64,000 bases of DNA from Felis catus (Eukaryota), in contig NC_058368.1 in assembly GCF_018350175.1 (NCBI RefSeq), forward strand, positions 145,206,001-145,270,000. Reading direction: 5' to 3'. This document shows positions 48,880 to 61,090 of this stretch, one piece after another. A model generated the notes under the pieces. That model was given only the letters and a program-made list of their open reading frames with translations. It ran no database searches and had not been told where the DNA came from. Within the stretch, counting starts at the first letter, position 1. Every line of letters starts with the position of its first letter. Both the position numbers and the translations under genes were made by a program.

Positions 48880-49620
48880 TACTACGCAGCCTGCAAGCCT
48901 CTGCCGGGTGCAGGGATGGAGCAAAGTAACTTGAAAGCTCCCCTCTCGGCGCCCTGTGCCTGCAGCTTCCCCCCCTAACGCGCGCCCAGATCCAGCGCCG
49001 GTGGTAAGAGCCGTAGCTCGACTACAGTAATTCCCCAGCTCGGGCGGCTTGAAACTGCTCGGGCTGAATAGCATTTGCTGTTCCGTCCTGCGGCCGCCTC
49101 CCGCCGCCGCTGCCGTGCTCCCTGCAAAGCAGCTCTCATTATCCCGGAAGTTGTGCTGACACAGTCTCGCTGCCACCAGAAGTTTGTCAACATCAAACTT
49201 CTCCTGTGTGGGGTACGTTCACCTTCCACGAGTATTTAATCGAGCCAACAGGCAAACAAACAAACCCAAATAAACCTGCCCGTGATGTCATGGTCTTTTT
49301 TTTTTTCCCCCTTCCTGGAAGTCTGGGGCTGTTAGAAATTTGCTGGTGGGTGCTAAGAGCGCTTGCGGATTTCTGGGGGAGATAAGGGGCGGCCCCCAGG
49401 GTGGGGAGTGGGGAAGGGGCTGCGGAGGGGCTTGCTGGACGGTTGGAGCTGAGCGCTGGGTAGGTGGGTGGAGGGCTGGGGCTGGAGAACTGGTCCTGCA
49501 GTCTCTCGACTGCCGTTGTTTTGGAGATTACACCGACTGGGGCCAAGGTTGTTGCATTGCGTCCCCAGACCCGGCAACAAAGGTTACCTGGAATCTCTGG
49601 ACAAGTAAAGACGCCGGGGG
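48880..49620. promoter_or_regulatory. CpG island / promoter
   Basis: Sharp rise in GC and CpG (cgcgcgccc, gcggccgcctcccgccgccgc) in a CpG-depleted window; ETS site CCGGAAGT at 49144-49151; GGGGCGG box at 49386. Confidence 0.85.
48940..49212 (+). other. Probable non-coding first exon of an unidentified plus-strand gene
   Basis: Lies within the CpG island; donor GGG|gtacgt at 49213 (alternative GTG|gtaaga at 49004); G-rich sequence downstream typical of first introns; no ORF; start coordinate approximate. Confidence 0.45.
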
Positions 49621-50117
49621 AGGGGAAGCTTTCTACACTCTCACTGCTCTTTCTACACTCCTGTAGGACATTTTTGTAGACACTTTTTGGGATCTTTCAG
49701 AATAAAGGGCATTAGGGTCATAAAATGTATTTTGAGGCTTCAACTGCTACATAAAAGAAATCCTTGAGATTTGAGGGCAGGGTGTACTACCTTTTCTGTC
49801 TTTAATAGGTCTCTTCTGATATCTTGATTAAACCATTCGGTCTAAACTAACTCCTTTCCCTAAGCCAGGTCTCCAGGTTTAGTTCAAGTTGCTGCTACCC
49901 AGTTTGGGTGTTTGTGGTTTCCAGCTGCTCCCCGATGAGGTGCTCCTGGCGCGTGTGTCCCCCCCCCCCCCAGCCCAGCTTTGGGGAGGAGGGGAAGAAG
50001 GGGATGCTGATTAACCCTTTCCATTCCATACTTTTATCTGGACTGATCAATCCTTCACAGACTGCTGGAGAGGACAAGGCCTGACTTGCAGAGTTGTGAC
50101 CCTACGCATTCACGAAG

Positions 50118-50136
50118 CAGTGCCACCTGAGGGCCA
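50118..50136 (-). promoter_or_regulatory. Candidate CTCF site
   Basis: Minus strand reads TGGCCCTCAGGTGGCACTG, close to the core TGGCCACCAG(G/A)(G/T)GGC(G/A)C. Confidence 0.45.
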
Positions 50137-52670
50137 CAGGTTTTCGAGGAGGAGCTGGAACCTCAGGCAGTGATAGTAACTTTGTATCTGGTTTGAAAGA
50201 TCACATAAAGGGCATTCAGTGCCGAGAGATCAGAAAGAGAATTGCTGTATCCCCGAGCTAACCTAAAGTCTGCAATGGGTGGCTGAGAGGGTTCAGTATA
50301 CCCAAAGTAGGCAACCCCAACCTTGCTCCCTTGAATTGGAAATCTGTCCATTTATGGGTGCAGGAAAATTCTTTTCTACTCTTCAAAAATAAGTCAAAGT
50401 GAATGCCTCTGAAGAGATTATTACCCATTATCCCACTAGGATATTGTGGGGGAGTGGGGAGGCAAGTTTGATCCATTTAGGAAGCTAGACACTTGATTTA
50501 CTCTTCTTGTTCGTTGGCTGTTATTAACCATGTTTTTAGAAAAATTATATCTACAGTCATGTATCTATGATAAAAAGAAGGAAGGCAGTTTTTCTTTTTT
50601 TTCAAAATGTCCTTAACAGGGGAAAAAAAAAAAAAAAATTGTACCCTTCCCAAGGGACCAGCTTACCTTAAACACAAAACAAAAACAGAAGGCCAAAAAC
50701 AAAATCTAAAGAAAATGCAATTCAGGTGTTTCTTAGGGACTGGAAGATACTTTTGACAAACATAAATCAAACTGATTCAAATACACTTATGAAGCAGGCA
50801 GTTCTTAAAAATAAAATAAAATAAAATGTAATAAAAACCCACACAAAGAAATGTGTTTTCTTGAAAGTTTATTCCCTACAGTGAATTTTCCTGTTGGCCA
50901 TGCCTCAAAATTTCCCCTGCATTATTTAGACTTCTTTTCTTCGGGTGGCATTTTAATTTATTCATTTTTTTGTAATCCACAAAGTGCTCCTCAACATTGT
51001 TATACCTCTGTGTGGACATGAATCAACAAGGACACGTGGAGGATTCCATTTCCAACTCCACATGCATGAATTATTTGCCCTGGTTGTTAATCTGTCATAG
51101 TGTAAAAAACCTGATTTACAAAGGCTAGAGGACTTTTGCAGAACAAGGTAGTGTATGGTTTCTATGGTTGGACTTCTTTACAAATAAAACTATTTTCCAT
51201 TTCTGTCCATAATTTCCTGGTTGCACAAAGATAATTTTCAGAGTTTTCAGATTCTAGTTCCCCAATGGGAGCTGTAAGCATGAGGAAACAATTTCTTTTT
51301 ACAGTGATGTGAGCGCTACGCTCATCTGGATTTAGTTACTTCATAAGGTAAATATCACTAAATGTGCACTGGGATCTTTGGGGATCTAAGGTGCTGGACG
51401 GGTGAAAATACTCTACTGTGAAATGCTAAAGAATGTCAAACAACTGATTTTGAATTGGTTTGCAGAGCTAATTGGGTCAACTATGGTATTCTTTAAAGAG
51501 GGAATTAATTTGAATAATTTTAAAAAGTATTTCCAGTTTACTTTTGGTTACATTTAGGTTATTTTGGTCACTATGATTTTTAGAATTTACCCCAGGAATT
51601 CATTTAAAACATATCCTTCTGAAAAATATATACCCTTCAATATATAATATCTGCCAATGAAAACATAGGTTTCAAATTTCATGCTAATTACATTTTTAAA
51701 TAATGATGTTCTTGAAATTATTTTTATTTAAAGGCAAACTATCTGCATAGATAATGGCCAAAGCTAACCAAACTGCTTTAAAAATTAATGAATATTAATG
51801 AAGTTCATGAATAGCACAATACTGCCCCTGCCTGCCTTAGGAAAAACAAATGTATTGACTCCATTTTCCTAAAATAACAGCCCTTAGTTTCTGATGGTTA
51901 AAATAGTTTTGTTGCTAAAAAGCTTGTACATAATGCAATTTTTGCAATTAATAAGACTTGGCCTTGTTTACTATACTTAGATCTCTTCCCCAAAACTAAA
52001 CATATTTTATCTTTTTACATATCTGAATGCTATTTCTTTTTATTAATTTGCCATCTCATGATATTTTGTTATCATTTTTCTAAGTTCCCCTCCTCTGTCA
52101 CTTTAGTAGTTCACATGAATGACTCAGGATTTTCAGGCCTTCATATATATTTGGTATATAGAAAATGGCATCATTAGTCAGCACTTCCATTCATCTAAAT
52201 TTGTCCAAGCATATTGAAAGCTGCTCACAGCATTTTGCAATGAAAGTGACAAATGGGTGTCAGTCCAGTGGCCCTACCCATTTCAACCTTATTTTGTATG
52301 ATGTGTAAATGTTTGCATACATTTCTTCCATAAGATAGGTTATTTTTTGATCTGGACATGTGCCTACTAAGGCAAGTGCCCAGGCAGATTACTGATTGGC
52401 ATTAGACTAAAATTACAAAATTTAACAAATGAATGACAAAAAGAAAAGAAATAGTATATAAAAATTAAATAATGATGGCATCCATTCAATAAGATAAATA
52501 TTTTTTGATGCTCTAAATTTCTAAGATTCAACAGTTTCACTTCAAATGAATTTGTAATGCAAAAGGTAGAATCATTTCAAGCAAGCCAGCAAATTTGGGT
52601 CAAAATGAAAGCAGTTCTGAGAGAGAGAGATGTTCCTGCTTCCCCATAGGGCTGGTTGGAATTTTCTACT

Positions 52671-52703
<33 letters not shown>

Positions 52704-52870
52704 TATGCATATATATGTGTGTATATATATATATACACACATATATATGTACACACACATACATATATATACACATACATATATATACACACACATATAT
52801 ATATGAACACATATACATGTATAAATATACATATATGCATGTTTAAATGCACACACACACACACACACTA
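52671..52870. repeat. Compound A/(TA)n/(CA)n microsatellite
   Basis: Poly A followed by tatatata...acacacatacatatat...cacacaca. Confidence 0.95.
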
Positions 52871-55800
52871 TACTCTAGTGTCCTACTTCTCTTTTCCTAC
52901 ATTGTTTTTAATAGCCAGTCCAATCTCTAGTGTTATGATGGTAAGTGAATGTGCTTATAAGAACTTAATGCCAGTTTTAATCTAAGATTACTTTGACTAC
53001 AGTTGAAATCTTTTGCTGTTTTATAACCTGTAACATGTTTTTACATGTTTAGGAGTGTTGTTGTTATTGCTGTAAAAATTCTGTGTTGATATTATGAGGT
53101 TATGTGTTTAGCCAAAAAGTTATGCTAAATTAGACAGTAAAGACTCTAAAATTCTAATGGTTTAGTAAACCCCAGATAATAACTGTAGTTTTATGGATAA
53201 AAATATTTTTAATATTTTAATACTGCATGGAAGTATAATTTTTTTCTAAAGTTATTATGGAATTTCTTTGTCCATAAGGAATATTAAAGAAAAATTTATC
53301 ATTTGAAGTTATTTTACCTGGAAATGCTTTGGAGTGAAGCTAATCTTTACACCTAAGACTACAGATTGCAATTTCACTTACCATTATCCATGGCAGGATG
53401 TTTAGTTTTACTCCTGTTAGCCAAAGAATTTTTAGTGACTTTTTAAAAGTGGAATGTAGAAAGTAGGTCCAGCTATTGTGAATGTGGGAATTTGATAAAT
53501 AGTGCTTGTAATGACCATTTACTCTATGACTTGTTATATAATGGGTAGATGTGAAAAAGAAGCGATCAACTAAACTGTGAGCTTAAAGTTTAGAATATCT
53601 TTCGATTGTGGGTATAGTCAGGGCCATCATGACAATCACATTTAGCACTCAATATGACTTTTGGTCCACCGGTGCTTTTCTTTCCAAATTTTCTGTATAT
53701 AAAGGTACAAATGAGATTTTTCCAACTGCCTTTTCTGCAAACTCAACTTGCTTTCTAAAAATCAAGATAGTCATCTTTTTCTGTTTACACGTGGAAACAA
53801 AGAATCTTGAATTAGAAAAAAAAAATTGGCTCTCTTCCTTATGATTCTGGAAACCAAGGGTTATTTTTTTTATATATAGATTTATATCAAAGGGCTGCCT
53901 TTTGTAAGAGGAAAGAAGAAGCCTTGGTTTTGTTAATAAACAAGACTAACTCAGCTAAACTACTATTGGGAATTAGATATGGAAAGGTTCAAGCTGTTCT
54001 GACTTAAATTTTCAGATATGTAACATATGTGATGACCACCCACCTAGTGGTTAAATAATATGTTTACTTTCCTACAATTTCCTGAACCCATTTGACTTTG
54101 GAGATTTAAATATGGCATAAATCTCTGTGCTCAGGAACCTGGTGTGGAAACTCTGAAGGCACAAGAGCCTCCAGCCTTGACTCCAGTTCATGTCAGTCTT
54201 TGTTCCAAGTCCATGTTTTGTTCTCCATCCCACACACTTGACTCTTCTCTCCCTCTAGGCCATCCCCTCCCAGTGTGCACCCACTGGGCCTGTCTGGGGC
54301 ACCCAGAAGGCAGCTGTTGAATGGCTGTATAACATCCTAGGGGTATAGCTTGACAGGTTTAACCTCACATACAAGCTCTTTAAGGCTAAAATTAGCCAGG
54401 GTCTGCTCCCCCTCCCTTCTTCTAAAAGGCTATGTTTAGCCCAAGGATCTGAAGGATGGAGAAGTTCTACAAGAGGCCTGTAAGCTGAGGCTGCGTTCAG
54501 GTTCTGGTTCCTGAAGAATCCACAGTCCAGGGTCCAAAGGCCCTTTAAAATGTTTTGCGATCCCTGGGGTCTGTGGAGGAATCCCCAAATGCCTTTAAAA
54601 ATCCAGCACCCTCACTTCTCATTTAGCCAGTGCTTGCAACCACACTGGGCCCATTCCCTTAACAAGGGCATGAAGTAGCTTTTGGGTAGGCTTGGAAAAA
54701 TGACAAGAATGGATGTTTCTCATCCCACTGTTCCAAGGAGAAGATTGGAGGACAGGCGACTGAAGGGACAGATAACCGGTGCAGACACTTGACAACTCCT
54801 GGGCAGAGGGCCAAGCGCTGGGCCAAGCACTGGGCGAGGCTCCAGAGGCCGGGCCCATGCCCAGGGCACTCAGTGGCTTAAACCTGGCACAAAAAGGAAC
54901 ACTCCTGCCGGCAGGAAACTGAGTTGAACAGATTGGGAAAGAGCAAAAACAGGCTGCCCAGGAGGCTGTCTCCCAGGCCTACAGTTTCTAGTTGTCAGTG
55001 GCAACCCAGGATAGAGCAGATTCTGGCTTTCCTCCTGCCTGGGGGGCTGGTGGAGGTGGGACTGAGTCCAGGGAGTATGCAGTGCACAAGGACCCAGCTC
55101 AGGAAGGCACAGAGGCGAGGTCTGGCATATCCCCGTTGGAGAGAAACCCTTCATCAACTTACAATTCCCAGGCCAGCTTTGTCTTGGCTGTGAGAGTGAG
55201 TCCTAACACTTTATAATTTCTGTAAAATATTAGAACTTCCTTGCCCCAGGATTTATTTCAAGAAGTTTCTTTGAAAGGGTAAGGTGAAGAGCAAAATTTT
55301 CTTAGCCTCTTATTTCATTCCTTCCATTTAGTGCTTACCGTGTTTATAAGAAAAATAAACATTGAGGACTGTGATCAATTCCCATCCTGTTACGATAGTA
55401 GACTCGTATTTTTGATGTGTTAAACCACGACAGCTATTTCTTAAGGGCTAAAAGTTGGTAAATTAGTGCCACTTCCATACTCCTAGAGGAAGGCAAAATA
55501 GTTCTGAGCTTTATTAAAGAATTCTGGACGCTGGGGAGTACAGGCATTGTGTTGGGGCCAAAAGAACAAGAAAGAGAATGAAGCCTTGGATTTGCAGAAA
55601 TCCAAATGGGCTTCAGGTTAATAACAGGGGATTTCAGCTAGTGGCTTATATAATTAACAGAAAGAAAAACACAAAAATACAAAAGCATATTTTTTTTCTC
55701 TACTTAAGTAAGACATGACAGTGAAACACACTAGTCACTTCAGACCTCCTGAACCAGCATCTTTAGGTGGGGAGGGGAGAGTATGTTTGGGAATCTGAAG

Positions 55801-55924
55801 CTTCAGCAAGTTTCACTAGTGATTTTTATACATGCTGAATTTTGAGAGCTACAGTCATATAGCTCAAGAATAATGTCATCCTTCCATTATCCTCAGTCAT
55901 GAAGGTAAATGAAGACGTTAACTT

Positions 55925-56230
55925 TTCTAAGTGCTTAGGTAAGTATCCCCATATTACAGATGAGGAAACTTGGCCATAGAGAGGTCAGGCAACTTTCCCA
56001 AGGTCAAGATGAGTGGCAGGGCCAGGTTTAAAACACAAACTTGTGGCGTTAGAGTCCCTCCTCCTAATCATTCTGCTCTGAGCAAGCTATATAATCTTTA
56101 TAAATTTTAGTTTTCTTGTGTCTATCATGGGGACAAAACCTACCTCAAGAAGGTATGTGTGTTACATATTAACATAAATAAAGCTCCTGACACATTAATA
56201 GTCACTCAATAAATTATCGCTTTTACTATT
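55925..56230. mobile_element. Two adjacent MIR fragments in opposite orientation
   Basis: ttacagatgaggaaact...cccaaggtca (minus), then tagttttctt...tcatgggga...cctacctca (plus). Confidence 0.65.
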
Positions 56231-56714
56231 ACCAAGTAATGGAGTAAGTCTAATAATGGATAATCCACACAGAGGTAACCAGTAATTGACTCACTTTCTG
56301 AATCAGCTTCATGATTACATTTAATTTCACCTGCATACCTATTGCATCCTTATTTTGTACAAGAAAGTTATTTCCTAGTCTGTCCAGTGCTCTGATTTGG
56401 GACTACAGTAAATGGGAGGTGAACAAACCACAGAGAGGCTAGAAATCTATTGCTGGCTTTTCTAATGCCAATCTGGATAGAATCTAAAAATATTTTCTAA
56501 ACACCCAGGATAACTGGCTGAATTTTTCTTGACTAATGTATACAACATCTAAGGAAAATTTCTTAAAGCAGCTATGATGCCACATGGCATTTCCAGAGCT
56601 TTGAAGTCCATTTTAAGAAATTGATTTGGTTACATCATTGCTTTATTAAGGCCATAAAGTCTGTCTACCTCGCCTGGTTCATCTCCCTAGACAGACTTTC
56701 CAACACATCCAGTA

Positions 56715-58065
56715 CGCCTTCCCACATGTTCTTTGTGATGGAATATACCTTCTCTCTCTTCCTGGAATGCTCTAATTCATTTTTCAAGGCTACATCTCAA
56801 ATGTTGCTGTCTGCATGAAGTCCCTCCATCCCACTTCCCCAGAGATAATCATTCTCCTGGGTGCTTACACAACACAGAGTTAAACCTCCATTATAGCACC
56901 ATCGTAAGATATTATATTGAAATGATTTGTCTTGTGACCACTTCCAGGCCAAGGACCACGATTTATACATCTTTGTGTATGTCAGAAACTGGCACATTTG
57001 GTGGCACATTTTAGGTGCTGTATAAATGCTTGTTAAATGAATGGCAAGTTGTAAGTGGAGCAGGTTGGGGTTTTTTTGGTGTGTTTTGTTTTGTGTTTTG
57101 TGTTTTGTTTTGTTAAAGGGAATTTGCTTGTACAAAGTCATCTGACTGGTTTTCAGTGTGCCAACCTAGGAGTTCTTGGTTATTCACTGTGATGGAAGAA
57201 ATAAACTCAAAGAAATGAACCTTCCTTCACGAATGTACATACTGTCTCTTCTCATCTGTAATGGTGGAAGTCAGGCTTAAGAGCCTGACTTTGGAGAGGC
57301 TGAAGAGAAAAAACACCAGCAGAAACAATGGCCGCAACTGCTTTGCTAGGAGTAGGAACCCAGAGTACATGGCCTTGAATTACCATCCTAGCTGAGTTTG
57401 AAGTGAAAGATGGCCTTGGAACACTTTAAGACTAATAATGTCTATCCAGTTTTCAGTTGTCCTCTATTCTAAGCTATATCATGTTACCCCCTCCTTTATT
57501 TCAAAACTTTGTATAAAAATTCTACTCTTCAGAGGAGTCTTGGGCTAGTGGTGAATGGAAAATTAAGGGAAAGAGTATAGTGAAGTAAGACATTTTCTTC
57601 ATTTTTAATTGGTGTCCTATAATTCCATGTGGTCACCAGTGGCAGAATGAATGGAGATACCACTTTTCCTTTCCAGCATTATCTAACACAACATGTCCTC
57701 TGTTTCTCTCTGCTCCAATCACACAGGGCTCATTCTTCATCTCCTCCTTATTACAGAAATTACGCTGTTTTCTTTGTGTAAAGGAGCTCTTCCATTCCCT
57801 TTCATCAAATTCTTTCTCATCTTCAACTCGAGTTTCATTTACATTGGGAAACTTTCCCAAACCTCCCTGACTAGGTCAATCTCCTAGGCTATCGATAGCC
57901 TCCCCTTAAGAGCACATATCATAGTTATAATTTTACATTTATATGTAAGATTATCTCAGTAATGTCTGGCTCCCCTGTGGTCAGAAACTTTATGAGAGCT
58001 GTTTTGCAGCATTATATTCCTAGTGCCAGATGCAAAGTGGGTTTCAACAAATAATTGTTCAATAA
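56715..58065 (+). mobile_element. Two L2 3' fragments (about 56715-57045 and 57690-58065)
   Basis: cctggaatgctc...tggcacat...ataaatgcttgttaaatgaatg; cctagtgcc...aaataattgtt. Confidence 0.65.
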
Positions 58066-58508
58066 AATCAGGCAGAGAGCAAGTTTTGGTGTGGACTGAA
58101 TCAGAAGCAGATATGAGAATAAACTATTTTTCTTCAAAGGCATTAGAGGTAGGTGATCCTTGAAATGGAAGGCAGCAGATAACTTGGGTTCCATATCCAT
58201 TCATTGAGTCCCTCCTGTGTGCCAGACACTGTGCTAAGTCTTAAGAATACATGATGAATAAGACACTGACTGTTGCTCTTATGAGTTCTTTAAAGCTTCT
58301 CTTAACTATGTATAAGCTGATGACAATGATGATAATGTAAAAGGGATAGGTAAATGTTCAGAGTAGATTTAGCATCTATGGCAAATCAGATACAATAAAA
58401 TGTAGGTATATTTATCAGTTCACTTGACTTTCACACAACTTATGAGGTAAGAATTTTATTACCTCTGGTTTATGGTTGCAAAATGGGAGTTTCAGAAAAT
58501 TTAAATTT

Positions 58509-58688
58509 TTCTTTTTCTTCTCTCTCTTTGGTTTTGTTTTTTTTGTTTTTTTTTTTTGTTTTTTTTTTTTTTTTTTGAGTCCTCTGTTTCTTTCTTGAAT
58601 CTGGCTAAAGGTTTATCCATTTTGTTGATCTTTTCAAAGAACCAGCTCCTGGTTTCATTGATCTTTTCTAGTGTGAGTGTATGTGTAT

Positions 58689-58735
<47 letters not shown>

Positions 58736-59900
58736 GTCTCTATTTCACATTTATTTTGACTCTAATCTTTATTATTTCCTTCTTTCTACTAGCTTTGGGA
58801 TTTTTTCCCCTTCTTTTTCTAGCTCCTTTAGGTGTAAGGTTAGGTTGTTATATTTGAGATTTGTTTTGTTTCTTGAGGTAGGCCTGTATTGCTATAAACT
58901 TGCCTCTTAGAACTGCTTTTGCTGCAACCTAAAGATTTTGGACCATTGTGTTTTTGTTTTCATTTGTCCTTATATATTTTTTTGGTTTCCTCCTTGATTT
59001 CTTGGTTTACTCACTCATTTTTTAGTAGCATATTGTTTACCCTTTATGTATTTGTGTTCTTTGCAGAATTTTTCTTGTAGTTGATTTTCAGTTTCATACT
59101 ATTGTCAGAAAAGATACCTGATATGATTTCAGTCTTCTTGAATGTTTTGAGACTTTTTTGTGGCCTACATGTGAACTTTACTGGAGAATATTCCATCTGC
59201 ACTTAAAAAGAATGTGGATTCCTCTGTTTAGGGATGGAATTTCTGTATATATCAGATCTTTCTGGTCTGTTGTATCATTCAAAGCCACTGTTTCCTTATT
59301 GATTTTCTGTCTGGATGATCTATCCATTAATGTAAGTGGGGTGTTTAAGTCCCCTACTCTTATTATATTACTGAAAATTTCTCCCTTTATGTCTGTTAAT
59401 AATTGCTTTATGCAGTTATATGCTCCTGTGTTATGTGCATAGATATTTACAATTGTTATATCCTCTTGTTGGATTGTTCCCTTATCATTATGTAGTGCTC
59501 TTTTTTATCTCTTGTAACAGTCTTATTTAAAGTCTATTTTGTCTGATATAAGTATTGCTACCTTGGCTTTTTTTCCACTTCTATTTGCATGGTGTATGTT
59601 TTCCCATCTCTTCACTTTCAGTCTACATGTACCGTTGGGTCTGAAGTGAGTCTGTTGTTGGCAGCATACAGATGGATCTTGTTTTTTTATCTATTCATTC
59701 ATCCTATGCCTTAATTGGAGCATTTGGTCCTTTTACATTTAAAGTAATTATTGATAGATATGTATTTATCGCCACTTTATTTCTTGTTTTCAGTTGTTTT
59801 TGTAGTTCTTCTTTGTTCCTTTCTTCTTCTATTTCTCTCTTTTTATTTGGTGGCTTTCTTTAGTATTATGTTTGTATTCCTTTCTCTTTACTTTTTGTGT
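58509..59900 (-). mobile_element. L1 retrocopy covering the inter-ORF spacer and ORF2 endonuclease region, ending in a poly(A) tail inside ORF2
   Basis: ORF2 start (V)AINTYLSIITLNVKGPNAPIK at 59775; [24 protein letters not shown] just before the tail; TSD AGAAAA(T/G)TTAAATTT at 58494-58508 and 59901-59915, splitting a MIR. Confidence 0.9.
58671..58732. repeat. (TG)n microsatellite inside the L1
   Basis: gtgtgagtgtatgtgtatgtgtatgtgtgtgt... Confidence 0.95.
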
Positions 59901-60607
59901 AGAAAAGTTAAATTTCTTGTTCAAGCTTACTCATTTAAAGCCAGGACTCAATCAGACATAGGTATAGATGATTTTTAAGACTCTCCTTTTGTAGATTAGA
60001 GATATAAATGAAAGGCAGAAATGAATCTGAAATCCCCCTAAAATCTCAAACTCTAATGTTCTGCTCTCTGACCACAATTTCTTGTTCTTCCAAGTCTGTC
60101 TTTCTCTCACTCCCAATCCCAATCAGCCTCACAGAGACTGTCAACTTCTTACTCTCTTTATCCACTGGCCTCCTTCCAGCCCCACTTCTGTCCTTAGCTT
60201 TCACAAAGGATTGATTCCCTCAGAGCCTTCTACTTTCACTGCATCCATCAGTGAAATCTCAGTGTTATGATCAGCCTCTTCTACTCACATACAACCTGAT
60301 TCCTACATCACTCTCAGAGAGTTGTTATAAAGATTTAATAAGTCAGTACATGCACTTTCTGAGAAATGCCTCACACATACATAGTATTATTGTTTTTGTT
60401 TATCCCTGAGAGCTAAGCACTATTGGAGAAAATCTTGTCTGTAGTGACTTAATCAACTTCAGGTGGATCCTCAATGTTTCCTGCCTGTCAGTCTTATTAC
60501 TTGGCAAAGTTAAGCCCACATCTATTTTTTTAGGAATATTCCAAATCTCTATTCTTTAGAAGTGTTTTACTCAACTCCTAATACCCTTGCCATTGGCAAA
60601 TGACCTT

Positions 60608-61090
60608 GATAGTGGACATCTTTTGTTGCTTGCTCACTGTCCAAGCCCCTTTTACTCTGCTAATTACCACTCCCCATCCCCCCCCCCCCCCATTCACCAT
60701 TCTCATGTCTGGTTTATGTGGATGGCCATATCCTCTTAGCCATGGTGATTGTTTCAATGGTAGGCATTTTACCCAATATAAGCCAATCAAAACCTTTCCT
60801 AAGACCTCAGAAGCATGAATGTAAAAGAGACATTTTCTTTTCTTGATGTTATTGCTGCTAAGTAGTGCTAAGTAGACATAGCCTGCCTGGAAATGAAATA
60901 TAATCAACAGAGGACAAGGGAGCCAAGAAAAAGACAGATCTTGATTCTACTACTTGAGTATCTAGTTCTAACTACACGTGATGATCATATACTCCTTTTA
61001 AGTTATGTGAACTAATGTATGTCCTTCTTTTCTTAAATTCTTTGAGATTGGTTTGTATCACTTGCAGTTGAAAAGGTCCTGACTACGATA
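60608..61090 (+). mobile_element. Old MLT1 LTR (J/K/L-like)
   Basis: gccatggtgattg...agccaatca...gtttgtatcacttgca...tcctgacta. Confidence 0.6.

Noticed and set aside
48940..49212. Naming the plus-strand gene (PLCE1 came to mind from the layout)
   Set aside because: Only a hunch; no coding exon is in the window to verify it. It needs a BLAST of the exon.
48787..49679. Overlapping 70-130 aa ORFs at the CpG island
   Set aside because: Expected from high GC content; no recognisable protein features.
52572..52985. ORFs over the TA/CA tract (also at 10884, 24054 and 58556)
   Set aside because: Translations of microsatellites or SINE (CT)n tracts.
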